A stretch of DNA of 63,769 nt, filler included, from Octopus bimaculoides (Eukaryota): NCBI RefSeq assembly GCF_001194135.2. It is 6 parts of 6 records of this genome, joined end to end, with 100 filler letters (N's around TTAATTAATTAA, not from the genome) between each part and the next. Parts side by side here need not be neighbours in the genome. Positions count along the whole stretch, not along the records: positions 61,107 to 63,769 come from NC_068990.1; 5 more parts are not named here. The stretch is one strand, 5' to 3'. Of this stretch, positions 62,342 to 63,769 are shown one piece after another. Below the pieces are notes generated by a model that was not told where the DNA came from, ran no database searches, and worked only from the letters and a program-made list of their open reading frames with translations. Positions within the stretch are counted from its first letter, which is position 1; every line of letters starts with the position of its first letter. Made by a program: the position numbers and the translations under genes.

Positions 62342-63769
62342 ATTATTATTATTAAGAGAAGAGTGCCATTGTCATCTAGTGAACGATATTTCGACATATT
62401 ATTATTATTTATATATATATATATGGATGTATATGATGACTACAACTGGATTTCGAACAATTTCCATTGCTTGCTTGTTCTTTTAAATCAGCACAGTTGT
62501 GGCTTTTCATTTCTGCAAGAGATAGATACTCTTTGGCACAGCTGTGGCAACAGTGGACGTATCTTTTGCAGCGGGTGTTCTGAGCATTGCCACCAACGCT
62601 GAAAAGCAGAATTTGTTACACTGTGTTATAAAATCCAATGCATTAATTTGCCCAGGTTCCTATAATACTTCTAAGATAGCCCTAACTGCTTGAGAGGCAT
62701 TTCTATAAGCCAGTAGCAATTGAAACTGTTATAACATAAGAGGAATAATGATATTGTGCGCAGATAATAACTTAATAAACGAACAAAGAAAACATTGCAA
62801 CAGTTACAAATGCAAGTGTAAAATGACGAACTGTGGCTTTAATTGTCCACGATGCACTGTCTGTACCACAGAAAATGTGTTGAGGCGAAAAGAATAAATC
62901 CACAACAGTGAGTCGATGTATATCTAACGTCACCAGATAGAGTCCATAAAGTGTCCCCTCGGTTGAATCGACGTAAACTTTAAATAAACGATGTGGGAGT
63001 GAAAGACACCATATGATAGAATCGTGCCTACTGATTGGCTGACATTTAATAAACAATGTTTTGTGTCGAGACAACTGGAATTGTCTCAGAAACAACCACC
63101 GTTGTAGGGTAAACCGATGACGATTTTTACCAATGCCATCGGGGCAAATAGAGCTGATGCAACAGGTAAAACAATTGCTCCTGTTTCTGGCACTGGCAAA
63201 GAATTAGCCTGCCAATGGTCGGTGGCAATGGCTTGTGTATCGATATGCTGCTAGAATACTGATAACCTCAAACGATCATTTTCTATATTTTTAAATTACA
63301 GAAAAAAAAATGTGCAAGAAAATGTTCAGTATTGCAAACCACACATACACATATATACATATCTATATATAACAGTCTATACTTATAAATATTCTATACA
63401 TAATATGGAGAGGCATACACACATATGCACACACATATAATATTACAAATCACAAATCACACATATATGCATACATAGTATATCCGTATATACACCTATA
63501 ACACTCCATTAATATATGTATTGTATATATAACATGGACACATACATACAAATATGTGTCTTTGTCTGTGAGAACGTACTTATACCCACAAGATTTCGAA
63601 AATTATACATTTATCATAAGTATATGCATACATATATGTATATATGTATATATTTATCATACAGTTTATATAACACTCTATACATACACTTGCACACATA
63701 CGCACATATATAGATATACATCATATATACATACATTCACATATACTTATATATATATGAATATATATA

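Noticed and set aside
62530-62600. FYVE-like motif HSCGNSGRIFCSGCSEHC on the plus strand
   Set aside because: Lacks the RRHHC basic patch and upstream CxxC spacing; short frame without splice support.
1-63769. CRISPR array, rRNA or prokaryotic operon
   Set aside because: No regularly spaced repeat-spacer array or rRNA-like sequence; the DNA is eukaryotic and repeat-rich.

Overview
AT-rich animal genomic DNA from a gapped draft scaffold with dense microsatellites. The repeat content suggests an Octopus-like cephalopod (inference). There is no recognisable intact protein-coding gene, and almost all ORFs in the track are microsatellite or N-gap artefacts. The window holds decayed transposons: RTE, Tx1/L1-like, R4/Dong-like and Penelope-like retroelements, a Gypsy integrase, two mariners, a hAT MITE, a 1.7-kb element with ~340-bp inverted repeats, and several tRNA-derived SINE families. 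The most striking unexplained signal is a set of eight minimal type I hammerhead ribozyme motifs from about seven unrelated sequence contexts. Two have fully intact catalytic cores (21.6 kb, 47.9 kb), one lies inside a 345-bp direct-repeat unit (18.9 kb), and two form the 3' domain of a tRNA-headed SINE (33.3 and 34.2 kb). There are also hints of a spliced, probably non-coding minus-strand transcript and a CpG-decayed domain at about 28-36 kb. All calls were made by eye with no database searches. Boundaries of degenerate elements are approximate.
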